Source of the DNA: a virus
Lineage: Duplodnaviria; Caudoviricetes
Length of the DNA: 64,000 nucleotides
Strand: one strand, 5' to 3'
Virus record (IMG/VR): IMGVR_UViG_3300036546_000248
Shown in pieces: positions 9,495 to 20,070 of this stretch (within the stretch, counting starts at the first letter, position 1; each line of letters opens with the position of its first letter). The translations under genes and the position numbers were made by a program. Below the pieces are notes generated by a model. That model ran no database searches. It saw only the letters and a program-made list of their open reading frames with translations, and was not told the DNA's origin.

Positions 9495-9530
9495 AAGGCA
9501 AAAAAAAAGAGGCCAGAAGGCCTCTCTCAG
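9495..9530 (-). terminator. intrinsic terminator after the early mini-operon
   Basis: agaggcc-ttct-ggcctct followed by T9 and GCC on the minus strand. Confidence 0.75.
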
Positions 9531-9814
9531 AGTTGCTCCACCACGTATGTGGCGATGCCGTGATCCCGGAACTCCCGAAACAAGATCTCTGAGTACTCGG
9601 TGGCCGATTCCAACAAAACTTCTTCGACCTTGTAGTTGGTTGCTTCTAGTACCAGCAAAACTAACTCTTCAGACAAATCCAGGCGCTGTACATCATCAGT
9701 CGCCTTTTCAAGTTGGGTCAGTAAGTTCACGACTTGAGTGTGCTCTTTCAACTCATAAACCCGACTTTTCATTTCGGATGTCAGACTTCGCAACGTAACA
9801 TTTACCATATCCAT
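9527..9814 (-). CDS. hypothetical helical protein (probable early gene)
   Basis: 95-aa ORF downstream of the early promoter cassette. Confidence 0.7.
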   Translation of the reverse strand: MDMVNVTLRSLTSEMKSRVYELKEHTQVVNLLTQLEKATDDVQRLDLSEELVLLVLEATNYKVEEVLLESATEYSEILFREFRDHGIATYVVEQL

Positions 9815-9853
9815 GTTCTCTTCCCCACTTTACGAATAAGAACTGTATAAAGT

Positions 9854-10168
9854 TTAAGCTGGAACGCCCAGAAACGCCAGACGATCTTCAATCAGATTCA
9901 GGCGCATTTCCAGAGCGACGATATTATCGCCGCTCAGTTGGGCATGTAGACCGTGATCGAAATATTCATCGATCACCGATTGGATCATTGCGACTTCATG
10001 ACGAAGCTCAGCAGCCTGTTGTTTACGGCTTTCCAAACGCTGTGTGCGTTCAGCAGCCGCCATTGCTTTAACCTCAACCGGATCTACTTTTTCGATGGTG
10101 CGATGGATCTGCTTCATCTGGCGATCAAACAGCTTATCCAGGGCAGCTTCAAAGCTCATGGTGTTCAT
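9854..10168 (-). CDS. hypothetical coiled-coil protein (probable early gene)
   Basis: 104-aa ORF with AGGAG SD inside a GTTCT/AGAAC hairpin. Confidence 0.8.
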   Translation of the reverse strand: MNTMSFEAALDKLFDRQMKQIHRTIEKVDPVEVKAMAAAERTQRLESRKQQAAELRHEVAMIQSVIDEYFDHGLHAQLSGDNIVALEMRLNLIEDRLAFLGVPA

Positions 10169-10172
10169 GATG

Positions 10173-10252
10173 GTTCTCCTAAGAACTCAAGGGTTAGATA
10201 CAGGTTGTTGTATCCTATTCCTTTAAGTAATATAGATCTGAAATTTTTTTAT
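10173..10252 (-). promoter_or_regulatory. early promoter (TATATTAC at 10227-10234) with leader hairpin and SD hairpin, copy 1
   Basis: Minus strand aaaaaaatttcagatcTATATTACttaaaggaataggatacaacaacctgtatctaacccttgagttcttaggagaac; TATATTAC is the phiKZ early promoter consensus. Confidence 0.8.
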
Positions 10253-10262
10253 TTGACCAAAC

Positions 10263-10293
10263 GGCATAAACGGGAGGTTGCCCTCCCGTTTAG
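10263..10293 (-). terminator. terminator after the gp26-like gene
   Basis: aaacgggagg-ttgc-cctcccgttt stem next to ggcata. Confidence 0.8.
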
Positions 10294-10304
10294 TCCAATC
10301 AGGG

Positions 10305-11984
10305 TTAACTGATCTGTTTGGTGTACATGACACCCATACCCAACTGTACGTCGGTCACTGCGGTGCGTCGGAAGAAACGGATGATAACCGGCTCTCCTGA
10401 CTTAATGGCGTGTGGCGACACCAGTTCGTGGTTCCACATCTCAAGTGGGTACTCGAAGTTCTCACCGTTGATGTAGAGTGCGAAGTGGGTCGGTTCCGGC
10501 GCACGTTGCTCCACAGCAGGATTGAACAATGGTTCGGCGCGGTAGAACACCTGGTCCAACCACACCGCGTAGTTGCTCAAACCGTTACTGAGGTCCAGCT
10601 TCCAGTTGTTGACGTTCTCCATGCGGGAGGTGGCTTTAACACCCGAACCGTACATCGGGTTTTGACCCGGCGTGTAGCGGATAGCCCAACGGTCTTCGCT
10701 GACCAAGCTGTCCGGTTGACGCAGTACGATACCGATGGTTTGGCTGTGACGGTAGTTTTTGAACTGACCATCCACTTCCTGCATGTTGATACCAACCGTG
10801 AGGTTTTGCAGCACCCCATAGTCCGTTGGACGGAACTCGGCAGACCCTACAGCGAAGGACACCAAGTGACTCACTTCGAACCATTCTTCTCGGTCCAAGT
10901 TCATCAAGAACCAGCGCAGCCGGTAACCGTAGATGTTATCCACCCACACCGGTGCACAGAACAGCTTCACACTGTACGCCCCGTCCATCCGCAACGTAGT
11001 GGCCTTGTAGGCCGTCGAGATGTGCTTGCCCTGGTTAGCAGTCGCCCCGTAGCAATACTCATCATCACCCAGACGGTACGTCAACACCAAGTCCAACCGC
11101 TGACCTTGTTGGGTGGCCATGTAGTTATTCAACCCATACAGGTTAAACTTACTACCGTCCACAGCCATGCGAGTTTGACTGTTGTCACTGTACGTCACCA
11201 CGCCAATTGCATTGAGTGCCGACACCGGAAGGTTAATCGGGAACTGAAGTAACGACTGGTCCACTTCCGAAAGGAAGGGAGATTCCAGATGAATCGCGGT
11301 GATGTACTTGCGGTACGCATCGGTGGTGCGAGCAAAGGCACTGTTACACACCAGTACCCGCGCCATCGAACGTACGTTACCGACTTGGTCATACGCCACG
11401 ACCGTCAGCACTTCGTTGTCTGGGAGTTGACGCATGGTGTAAGCAGCCATCGGTACCTTTACCGCCTTGTTGTAGGCAGCCGGTTGTCCATCCGGGTTGT
11501 TCGGTACCTGCGCCAGCTCAAGCGGAATGTTTTCACCCAACATCTGACCGTTTTGGTCATACATGGCCGAGATGACATTCGCGCTGTCACCGATATCTGA
11601 TCCCAAGAACACCTTGACGTATTCAACCGTCGTACCTTTGAACGACAGACGAGAATCCAACGCCAACGTGAAAGGCACCACCGAGGTGTCAATGAACGCC
11701 CGGAACGACTCGCTTTGATAGCCAGGTCCCACACCCAACAGGATGTCCTCATCGTTCAACGAATCGCTTTCCAGCGGTTCTTCATAACGCCGAAGACGCG
11801 ACAGCCCCGTGGTGTAATCCACACTCACCACACGCCACAGGCCCGTGGCCCAATCCCAAACTTCATCGTCCAGGTTCGGGCAATATCGACCGGTCCCATC
11901 CGGTCCGGTGTACAGCTCAGATTTGCGCCAGCGACGATGTCCCCGATCGGGGTTAATCACTGGCACCATTGGGGTAGTTGACAT
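10305..11984 (-). CDS. virion structural/baseplate protein (phiKZ gp26-like)
   Basis: 559 aa; synteny next to terminase; N-terminal W..ELYTGPDGTGRYCPNLDDEVWDW typical of the family. Confidence 0.8.
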   Translation of the reverse strand: MSTTPMVPVINPDRGHRRWRKSELYTGPDGTGRYCPNLDDEVWDWATGLWRVVSVDYTTGLSRLRRYEEPLESDSLNDEDILLGVGPGYQSESFRAFIDTSVVPFTLALDSRLSFKGTTVEYVKVFLGSDIGDSANVISAMYDQNGQMLGENIPLELAQVPNNPDGQPAAYNKAVKVPMAAYTMRQLPDNEVLTVVAYDQVGNVRSMARVLVCNSAFARTTDAYRKYITAIHLESPFLSEVDQSLLQFPINLPVSALNAIGVVTYSDNSQTRMAVDGSKFNLYGLNNYMATQQGQRLDLVLTYRLGDDEYCYGATANQGKHISTAYKATTLRMDGAYSVKLFCAPVWVDNIYGYRLRWFLMNLDREEWFEVSHLVSFAVGSAEFRPTDYGVLQNLTVGINMQEVDGQFKNYRHSQTIGIVLRQPDSLVSEDRWAIRYTPGQNPMYGSGVKATSRMENVNNWKLDLSNGLSNYAVWLDQVFYRAEPLFNPAVEQRAPEPTHFALYINGENFEYPLEMWNHELVSPHAIKSGEPVIIRFFRRTAVTDVQLGMGVMYTKQIS

Positions 11985-11991
11985 AACTCAC

Positions 11992-14556
11992 CTAATCGTC
12001 AGAAATGGAAACAAAGTGGTTGACGTTGACCTTATCCTCGAGATAATACTTGATAGCCCGTTTCAAGAACGTCAGCTTGTAGATACTCAACTCAAAGACC
12101 GAGTTGTACGTGTGGGGATGAACCACCACGTAACGGTCGTCCACAGCCTTACGAGTGGGTTCGAAGTCCAACAACCATTCGTAGCTTTTGAGCAGACTGC
12201 GCATGAACGGGATGTCATATCGACCAATCATCCGATTGTCCCACAACACCCCACGGTCCAAATCGGATATCAACCGAGCCACAAACGGACTGTAAACTCG
12301 GTAACGGTCTGGGATAGGTGTGATGCCGGGTAGTTTAGGTTCACGACGTTTCCCGTTGACATACGTCTCCACAATCACATCCACCGCTTGCGATTGTTCT
12401 CGCAAAACGTAGGTGTCTGTGGGTGTGTACACACCTAACGGGTTAACGATTTCATCCACCTGATAAGGACGCCCATTTTGCAGCAGCTTGGTGGCATCAA
12501 CGTTTGGATAGTCCTCAACGAAAGCGACCTCCGAACGGTGTTTGGCACACCCACCCACCACGATCCGCACGTTCTTGTCATCGCGCAGGTTGATGGTTTG
12601 GTTCATACTGAGCAAACCGTACTCCACAAACCCAACGTCCGGCTGAGCTTCCGGCGTCATGTCGTCTTGACAGAACCCTTCGGCCATCACCACCACATCT
12701 TGAGTCCCGTCGACCAAATACTCTTTGTTAGTCAACACCACTTTGGGCCAACTTACAAAATAGTCGAGGTTCTCAATCAGACCGTACCCGTTCAACCACA
12801 CACTTACCCGCCGTGGTGGCAGCGTCAGGTCACCGTCGGTATAACCATTCCCCGAACGTTCTTCTTTGCTGCGCAGAGTCAGGTGGTAGATACCAGCATC
12901 CATCGCCAATTGTTGACGATATAGCAGGAAAGCTTCGTCAGACTTCACCAGTCCTTGCCAGTTGACCGCATTGAGGGTCCAAGCCAGTTGACCGTTTTGG
13001 AAACTGAAATCCACTCCTTCTTTCGCAGGAACCCAATTACCAGTTACCACACCCGCCACTTTAGGCGACTTATAGAACCGATAATTGTGTCGCGTGTCTA
13101 GGGTTCTCGCCGTCAAGCCATGGATAGCGCTTACTTGTCGACTACCAATCCCACGGTGGGCTTCAATCATCCGAGTCCTACGTTCGATGGGGTTGTAGTA
13201 CTCACCCCCGTTGTGAACATGAAAACCCAGCAGCTTACCCTGTGCATCAAACTCCAGCATTGTGGAGGGGTCATAGAAGCCGACAGGTAGCTTGACGAAA
13301 CGAGTCCCGGCCATCAAGTCCACCTTTTGCGGTGTCGGCACCACTAACTGCGTGATGGCGTTATAACCGTAGGCCTTCTCCACCATGGCGTTGGTGATTT
13401 GACCGTCCTGCGCCCGCATCATTGCCGTATACCACGACTGCTCCAGATGGTCAGCCCGCCAGTTAGGTACTGTCGATTCCAACCCCAACATCGCCTCTTG
13501 GATCTGTTGGTCGGTGAGCTTATACAGCTCATGAAGACGGTTGTGTTCAAACACCAACGGGCGCTTGTAACCAGACTCTCGAATAAACAGGTGCAGTTCC
13601 AAGTCGTTGATGTCGGACCACTCAGGGTGGTCATTGACATAACCCTGAACATAGGTCACAGGAATCGAGTACGTGTTGTGCGTTACCATCCGCACCGCGT
13701 CTTCTTTGTTACGGTGATAGAACACACCTGAGAAACGCCCATTGACCCCCGGTTTTACCAGATAGATGTCAATGTCGTCGCGGTAATCAATCCACGCATC
13801 AGCGTTAGCTTTGTCGCGGTAAATCAAAAACTTACGCTTCTGATCCAGTACGCTGTCAAAGGTTGGAAGATCCTTGACCTTCAACACCACTCGCCGCCGC
13901 ATTGAGGCATCATAAAAGAATTCCGCCTCATCACCCAACCCCATTCGCCCAGGCTGTACATCATCGACGTAACGACCGTTGTGAAAGGTTAGGGTTTGTC
14001 CGACTTTGGCTTTGAAGCTATTGCGCAGGTTTTGGAACGACACCAGATCTTGCGTGCTACCCCAGTGGGTATAACCCGTACAGGTCAGGGTTTCAGACTG
14101 TCCATCCGAACGCCGCGAACTGTAGTACGCATTCGAGTAGAAGCGCACAAACAAAGGTTTCACGTAACGACCGCTCAACACATCCACTTGCCGCAGTGCG
14201 ATCACCACATTGCGATCACCCATCACCATCACGTAGGCCAGCTTCCGAGGGAACTGAAAACCGTCTTTGTGATACAGGTTGATGGTCACCCCTTCGTTCT
14301 TTGCCAGCTGGTCCACCGATTGCCAAACCTTTTGTTTAGCACCAATCCCCAAATGACGGGGATGAACCTGACCAACAGAGAACACGTGATAGATGTCACC
14401 ACTGGTGGGGAGTGGAATAGTTTGCCATTCCACCGCACACACCTTAGAAACCCCGAGGTCTCGAGTGATGCGTGCGACTTGGAAGACGTGTTGATAGTCC
14501 TGATCTGGAGTGCACCAAACGTTTTTGGTTCCGTGCAGCGCCAGAAAATTAGACAT
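11992..14556 (-). CDS. virion structural/baseplate protein (phiKZ gp27-like)
   Basis: 854 aa; NVWCTPDQDYQ N-terminal motif; synteny. Confidence 0.8.
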   Translation of the reverse strand: MSNFLALHGTKNVWCTPDQDYQHVFQVARITRDLGVSKVCAVEWQTIPLPTSGDIYHVFSVGQVHPRHLGIGAKQKVWQSVDQLAKNEGVTINLYHKDGFQFPRKLAYVMVMGDRNVVIALRQVDVLSGRYVKPLFVRFYSNAYYSSRRSDGQSETLTCTGYTHWGSTQDLVSFQNLRNSFKAKVGQTLTFHNGRYVDDVQPGRMGLGDEAEFFYDASMRRRVVLKVKDLPTFDSVLDQKRKFLIYRDKANADAWIDYRDDIDIYLVKPGVNGRFSGVFYHRNKEDAVRMVTHNTYSIPVTYVQGYVNDHPEWSDINDLELHLFIRESGYKRPLVFEHNRLHELYKLTDQQIQEAMLGLESTVPNWRADHLEQSWYTAMMRAQDGQITNAMVEKAYGYNAITQLVVPTPQKVDLMAGTRFVKLPVGFYDPSTMLEFDAQGKLLGFHVHNGGEYYNPIERRTRMIEAHRGIGSRQVSAIHGLTARTLDTRHNYRFYKSPKVAGVVTGNWVPAKEGVDFSFQNGQLAWTLNAVNWQGLVKSDEAFLLYRQQLAMDAGIYHLTLRSKEERSGNGYTDGDLTLPPRRVSVWLNGYGLIENLDYFVSWPKVVLTNKEYLVDGTQDVVVMAEGFCQDDMTPEAQPDVGFVEYGLLSMNQTINLRDDKNVRIVVGGCAKHRSEVAFVEDYPNVDATKLLQNGRPYQVDEIVNPLGVYTPTDTYVLREQSQAVDVIVETYVNGKRREPKLPGITPIPDRYRVYSPFVARLISDLDRGVLWDNRMIGRYDIPFMRSLLKSYEWLLDFEPTRKAVDDRYVVVHPHTYNSVFELSIYKLTFLKRAIKYYLEDKVNVNHFVSISDD

Positions 14557-15449
14557 TAGAGCACCTCGAGCATGCGTGCCAAGTTGATGGTGAATTGCTT
14601 ACCGGCACCGTTGCGATCATTGATCTGAACAACGTTGGCGATCGGTGCCTTACGGAAGCTCCGATCAATCAGGGCCGTATAGATGATGGCGTACCACGTC
14701 GGAATGTGTTCCAGCGCCACAGCCACCACTTCCCGTGCGTTGAAACCAAACCATCCACCACCCAACATGGCGTATAGCAGCGCCACATCAAGTTGTTCCA
14801 GACGACGGTTGGGAATCACTTCTTTGACCACCGCAACGAAATCAGTCACCCCATCCATATAACGAATAGGACCGATGTTGTCGAAGATCCACTGGGCGTT
14901 GAGCTTGGTGCAGCGCGCCACACGGGGGACCATACGCTGAAGATCGCTTTCCGTCAGTTCTGTCAGCTCCCGCATACCACAGAGGTGCCAGAAGGAGGCT
15001 ACCATCGCCAGCTTCATTTGCTCTTCGGGGTTGAGATTCAGACGACGAGTGATGTTCTCGGAAACGTAACGGGCAAAGGTGGTCAGTGCCAAATCACCCA
15101 AATTGCCGATGTCTTCCATGCTGTGACGATGGGCATACAACGTCAAGGCTGCACGCGTCACATTGAATTGAAACTCGGTGTGGTTGGCCACTTTATAAGT
15201 GGAGCCATCTTCACGGATGAGTGCGCGGGCATCGATAACGACAACCGTTTGCCCGGCATGTTCGATCAATACTGGATGGGTAAACGGTTTGATCTCGCGA
15301 TTGCGTGGCGAGACCAAGTAGATACCGTTGAGCGACGTGCCTTCAAGGCTGTAGAGAGTACCCTCCACAAACGCCAAACGAAGGTGTTTGAGCGTGTCGG
15401 CCATGTTATACGACGCGCAGGGCTTGGTATCGTATGGAGAGACTTTCAT
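14556..15449 (-). CDS. virion structural protein (phiKZ gp28-like)
   Basis: 297 aa, divergent from the sheath gene as in phiKZ-like phages. Confidence 0.75.
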   Translation of the reverse strand: MKVSPYDTKPCASYNMADTLKHLRLAFVEGTLYSLEGTSLNGIYLVSPRNREIKPFTHPVLIEHAGQTVVVIDARALIREDGSTYKVANHTEFQFNVTRAALTLYAHRHSMEDIGNLGDLALTTFARYVSENITRRLNLNPEEQMKLAMVASFWHLCGMRELTELTESDLQRMVPRVARCTKLNAQWIFDNIGPIRYMDGVTDFVAVVKEVIPNRRLEQLDVALLYAMLGGGWFGFNAREVVAVALEHIPTWYAIIYTALIDRSFRKAPIANVVQINDRNGAGKQFTINLARMLEVL

Positions 15450-15661
15450 CTATTCAATCTCCTGGTTTACTGGGACGTAAAAGTTTACTAAACTTAGGTA
15501 TGTAGTTCGTCGCTGGAATAGTATGATGTACTACATCAGTGTACGGCAACTATACCATTCAAGTTATTTCTCCTCCGATAAGACCATGGCTTGGACGAAG
15601 AGTAGATTTGTTTGGTCCTTTAATCGCGATTAATGATCAACGTTTGATCACGGGAGCTGTT

Positions 15662-17719
15662 ATGATCACAATCAAAAACGCTGCCCCTCGCGCCATCCTG
15701 AACGGTATCAAGGATGAGTCTGGTCGCGCTCCGGTCTACCAACCGGAAGCACGTCCCACTCACATGCCGCATGTGTTTCTGTTTGCACAGCGCGGTCCTC
15801 TGGTTCCTCAGGTTGTCGTGGGTGACAGTCTTGTCTCCACCTACGGCGCGGAGTCTTTCGACTACCGCTCCAAGTACGCTACTCACCAGACGGTGCTGAT
15901 CAACACCGTTAACGGTCGCGGCAACATGATGGTTGCTCAGCGTGTAGTAGCCGAAGACGCAGCCATCGCTGCACTGGTTCTGTGGGCTGACTACGTGGCC
16001 GATGACGTTCCGGACTTCCAGCGTACTGAAAACGGCCGCTTCCTCCTGGACGCCGAGGGCAAGCGCATTCCGACCGGCCAAACCGTTCCGGGTATCCGCG
16101 TTCGCTACGAGATCAGCGGTCTGGAAGCAGAACAGGATCTGCACACCCTGGAGCCTCGCGTAGGTACCCTGGTGGCTGAATCCGACGGTACTCAATCGAC
16201 CATGGTTCCGCTGCACGCTTGGCGTGTCTCGTCCCACGGTTCGTTCGGTGACCTCGTCGGTATCCGTCTGTCGTCCCCGACCATCGACTCTTCGTCGCCG
16301 GTTAACGACGAACTGATCGAAACGGCTCGTGCCTACATGTACCGCCTCGCGATGGTTGAGCGCCCCTCGATCAACAGCCTGCCGGTTGTGAAGGAAACCC
16401 TGTATGGTGACCAGTTCATCGACTTCACCTACAAGCCGGGCGTGATCAACGCCAAAACCGATACCGAAGTGTCGGTTGATGACATCCTGCTCCAGAGCTG
16501 GAACCAAGAGGCCTCCAACGGTCTGCCACCGACCATCGGTCTGATCAACGATCAGCACGTCTACTTCGACAACATCGAAGCCCTGCTGACCAAGATCCAG
16601 GAAAACGAAAGCCTGCACGGCCTGGTCTCCGAGTCCGAAGACGACCTGCACATGGTCAACTTCATCGGCGGTCACGACTACAACGGTACGCCGTACTACA
16701 GTCTGGTCATCGAAGGGCCTTCGGCGGGTGGTATCCTGCTGAACGAGAACTCGACCCATTATGCCCGTGGCGGTGCTGACGGCACGATGGATTTCGAAAC
16801 CTTCGATCGTCTGGTCGGCGACATCTGCGCCAACTACGGTGAAGGTGAATACCACTTCCTCGACAGCGCGGTCTACCCGCAGTCGATCATCTGGGATTCG
16901 GGCTTCAGCCTGGAAACCAAGAAGAAGTTGCTCACCGTTCTCGGCCGTCGTAAAGACATCGCTGTGATCCTGTCCACCCAGGACGTGTCGCAGCCGCAGA
17001 ACAGCAACTCGGAAGAATCCTCGATCGCCGTTTCGCTGCGTACGGCTGCCCGCATGTTCCCGGAATCGGAAGTCTACGGTACCTCCGTTTGCCGCGCCAT
17101 GGTTGTCGGTCATTCCGGTTATCTGGTCAACTCCAAGTGGAAGCAGCTGACGCCGCTGACCATCGAGCTGGCGGATAAGTGTGCGGCTTACATGGGTGCC
17201 GGCGACGGCGTCTGGAAGTCCCGCGCCAAGTTCGACATCTCTCCGGCCAACCAAGTCACCATGTTCCGCGGTGTGAACTCGACCTATAAAAAGGCCAACG
17301 TTCGCTCCAACGATTGGGACGCAGGTCTGGTCTGGGTACAGAACTTCGACCGCCGCAGCCAGTTCTTCCCTGGTCTGCAAACCGTGTACGACGACGACAC
17401 CAGCATCCTGAACTCCATGTTCAACATGCTGATCGCCGTTGAACTCGAGAAGGTTGCTGAAATCACCTGGCGTCAGCTGACTGGTATTTCCGGTCTCACT
17501 GAAAACCAGTTCATCACCCGTTCGAACCGTCTGATCGAAGAAGCCGTCAAAGGTCGCTTCGATAACCGCGTTGTGATCGTCCCGGATACCTTCGTATCCG
17601 AAGCCGACCAGCAGCGTGGCTTCAGCTGGGGTTGCAACATCGTGATGTACGGCAACAACATGAAAACCGTGGGCTCGTTCACCATCGTAGCCCGCCGTCG
17701 TGAGGACCTCGAACAATGA
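15662..17719 (+). CDS. contractile tail sheath protein (phiKZ gp29-like)
   Basis: MITIKNAAPRAILNGIKDES...HMPHVFLFAQRGP; C-terminal YGNNMKTVGSF; SD GGGAG before ATG 15662; strong codon bias. Confidence 0.92.
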   Translation: MITIKNAAPRAILNGIKDESGRAPVYQPEARPTHMPHVFLFAQRGPLVPQVVVGDSLVSTYGAESFDYRSKYATHQTVLINTVNGRGNMMVAQRVVAEDAAIAALVLWADYVADDVPDFQRTENGRFLLDAEGKRIPTGQTVPGIRVRYEISGLEAEQDLHTLEPRVGTLVAESDGTQSTMVPLHAWRVSSHGSFGDLVGIRLSSPTIDSSSPVNDELIETARAYMYRLAMVERPSINSLPVVKETLYGDQFIDFTYKPGVINAKTDTEVSVDDILLQSWNQEASNGLPPTIGLINDQHVYFDNIEALLTKIQENESLHGLVSESEDDLHMVNFIGGHDYNGTPYYSLVIEGPSAGGILLNENSTHYARGGADGTMDFETFDRLVGDICANYGEGEYHFLDSAVYPQSIIWDSGFSLETKKKLLTVLGRRKDIAVILSTQDVSQPQNSNSEESSIAVSLRTAARMFPESEVYGTSVCRAMVVGHSGYLVNSKWKQLTPLTIELADKCAAYMGAGDGVWKSRAKFDISPANQVTMFRGVNSTYKKANVRSNDWDAGLVWVQNFDRRSQFFPGLQTVYDDDTSILNSMFNMLIAVELEKVAEITWRQLTGISGLTENQFITRSNRLIEEAVKGRFDNRVVIVPDTFVSEADQQRGFSWGCNIVMYGNNMKTVGSFTIVARRREDLEQ

Positions 17720-18585
17720 GCCGCCTAGCAGATACGCTCCTTGACAACAAGGGGTTCAACCAGTACGGTCAGGCGCCTGCCGTAGACATCCGTAAGGGTG
17801 GTCAAATGGGCCATGCTCCGGTATTCGACTCCTACGTGTCGAACGCTTCGTACATCCGCCGCAACCTGATCGCGATCCTCATCGAGGCACCGCGTGGGTT
17901 CCAGGACCTCGAAGACCCGGAGTACTGGGTAGCTACGCTGAAGAACCTGGTCGAGCTGGCTCCGCTGACCATCGAAGGGCTGAATCAAACCCTCTCGGTG
18001 GAACACAGCGAGAACCCGTTCGGTGGTGCTGGTGAGATGCAACAAGACATCACCAACGTCACTCGTCAGCGTTCGACGCCGTCGTTCACTTGGAACGAGA
18101 AGTACGGTCGCTCGGTCGCCAACTTCCTGAACGGTTGGACTCTCAACCTGATCATGGACCCGGAAACCAAGTACCCGCGTGTGGTCAAGCTCGCCAGCCG
18201 TCCGGTTGACCTGCTGCCCGACTACACCGGCATGACCGTACTGTTCATCGAACCCGATCCGACCCACTCCAAAGTGGTAACGTCGTGGCTCTCGACGAAC
18301 ATGCGTCCGAACGGCACCGTGGCTGAAATCCAAGGTCGTCGTGAACTGACCGCCGCCGGTGACAAGACCGACTACACGGTTGAGTTCACTGCGCTGACTC
18401 AGGTCGGTGAAGGTGTGGACCTGCTGGCTCAGGAATTCCTGGACCGCATGACCCTCACTGGCGCCAACCAGAACCTGCGTCAAGCCTTCATCACCGAAAT
18501 CGACGCCGACGTCGAGGCCGCTGGTGCAGACGGCAACGGTTACAGCGAGCAGATGGAAGAGATCGCAGCTGCGGCTGTCCTCTAA
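17716..18585 (+). CDS. tail tube protein (phiKZ gp30-like)
   Basis: Coupled to the sheath gene by an ATGA overlap; YIRRNLIAILIEAPRGF, GGAGEMQQDITNVTRQRSTP, LLPDYTGMTVLFIEPDP. Confidence 0.9.
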   Translation: MSRLADTLLDNKGFNQYGQAPAVDIRKGGQMGHAPVFDSYVSNASYIRRNLIAILIEAPRGFQDLEDPEYWVATLKNLVELAPLTIEGLNQTLSVEHSENPFGGAGEMQQDITNVTRQRSTPSFTWNEKYGRSVANFLNGWTLNLIMDPETKYPRVVKLASRPVDLLPDYTGMTVLFIEPDPTHSKVVTSWLSTNMRPNGTVAEIQGRRELTAAGDKTDYTVEFTALTQVGEGVDLLAQEFLDRMTLTGANQNLRQAFITEIDADVEAAGADGNGYSEQMEEIAAAAVL

Positions 18586-18597
18586 CCCCTGGGCTGA

Positions 18598-18626
18598 GTG
18601 GCGGGCTTCGGCCTGCCACTTATGCT
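18598..18626 (+). terminator. terminator after the sheath-tube operon
   Basis: gtggcgggc-ttcg-gcctgccac followed by ttatgc. Confidence 0.85.
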
Positions 18627-18825
18627 GTTATGTACCAACGCTATTTAATGAGCTTGTCTCTTAACTACAACCAATTTTAGATAGGTGTACCATGCTTGCC
18701 GATCTATTCAAGGACGCACAAAAAGTTCCGGGTATTCGGATTTTGGCCAGCCGCACCATCGCTACAGCCAAGTAATTTCCACAAAGGGGTAGAACCATCT
18801 ACCCCGTTACAGTTAGGTGATCCCC

Positions 18826-20070
18826 ATGCTACAGAAACTGGCGCGTCCCAACCCACGCCCCACCAACCTCTCCATTGATCAGTTGCACATGATCGTACAC
18901 ACCAACCAAAACTGGCTGGTAAGTATGGAAGAGTTGGCCGATACGGTTGATGAATTGGATCATTTGGAAGTCACGCTGGAGAACCTCGATCAAGCCGGTG
19001 CGTTGAACCACGGTGTGGGTATCTTGGCCATGGAGCGCATTCAATCGCTGGAGAGCATTACCGGACGCATTCTGGGTACGCTCCCCTCGCTTGAAAGCGA
19101 TACCTATAGCAGCGAAGACTTCAAAGACAGTGTCCTGCCTGCACTACAGAGTGTTGCGCAAATGACCAGCAAGGCCTACCACGACAACTTCGCCAGTGTC
19201 CTCACGGCGTTGTCCAACGTCTCACTCGGTAGTATTCATACTGCCAAGTCGGGCCTTAAGCGCACCGATGTACTTAAGCAAAAGCTTAAAGCTGCAGACA
19301 TCAAAGGCAGTCTTGAAGTTGCTCTCTCGGGGAAGAACGTGGGAAATGCGTTTACCCGTGATGGCAAGGCTGTTCGTGAGTTGCTCCCTGCGCTGAAGAA
19401 AGATTTGGCACAAGCCAAGATCCTGATGGAAGTGATACCGGCTCAAGTGCTGGCGTTTGCCAATGAGTTCCACAAGCTGGTTGAGGGAATTGACTTGGAT
19501 TCGGACGAAGGCTTCAAACGTACGGTCCTGGACAAAATCCAAAACCTAACCCACCCCATCGAGGCTTTCTCCAAGAAGATCTCTCCAACCGAGGAGTTGC
19601 TTTTCAACACGTCGTTGTACGTGGTTAAGAAGAACGCTCCGAAGGCTCGGGGTATCAGCAACGACTACGTCCATCTAGCAGACCTTGCAACGAAGCAGGT
19701 GGTGCGCGAGCGCGGCGGTAAGCCCCTACAACGGTCTGACTCAGCAAAGCTCACCAAGAGCGATTTAGAGGCCTTGCTGGAGTGCTCGGCGGCCTACTGT
19801 GAACTGGTGATCTCTGGTTGGGGAACTTATCGGAAAATGTCCAGTGCTTTGCAACGAGTCATGCGCTCGATTCAAAAGCTGGACTACAGTGCCGGTGAGT
19901 TGAAATCGTCGGATAACATCCACGCCCTCAAGCAGTTGGTCAAGATCTCCAAACACATCCCCCAGTACTACCGCAGTCCACTGGCGGATGAGACCGATCG
20001 CTGCATCAAGATGGCGCTGGCCACTCGTGTTGTGGTATCACGAGCAATCAAAAGCGACACGCCGGCATAA
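18826..20070 (+). CDS. internal head (inner-body/ejection-type) protein with an N-terminal propeptide
   Basis: Cluster of S/A-x-E motifs (SME, AME, SLE, SLE, SSE) in the first 100 aa, matching gp175-type cleavage sites. Confidence 0.7.
   Translation: MLQKLARPNPRPTNLSIDQLHMIVHTNQNWLVSMEELADTVDELDHLEVTLENLDQAGALNHGVGILAMERIQSLESITGRILGTLPSLESDTYSSEDFKDSVLPALQSVAQMTSKAYHDNFASVLTALSNVSLGSIHTAKSGLKRTDVLKQKLKAADIKGSLEVALSGKNVGNAFTRDGKAVRELLPALKKDLAQAKILMEVIPAQVLAFANEFHKLVEGIDLDSDEGFKRTVLDKIQNLTHPIEAFSKKISPTEELLFNTSLYVVKKNAPKARGISNDYVHLADLATKQVVRERGGKPLQRSDSAKLTKSDLEALLECSAAYCELVISGWGTYRKMSSALQRVMRSIQKLDYSAGELKSSDNIHALKQLVKISKHIPQYYRSPLADETDRCIKMALATRVVVSRAIKSDTPA

Noticed and set aside
15539-15661. 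ORF-track 5' extension of the sheath gene
   Set aside because: The family N-terminus and SD fit ATG 15662; the extension lies in the divergent promoter region.
15620-17716. 698-aa antisense ORF opposite the sheath gene; likewise 60342-62951, 27166-29163, 7868-8779 and 52749-53663
   Set aside because: These are shadow ORFs produced by strong codon bias in the real genes on the other strand; they have no motifs or SDs.
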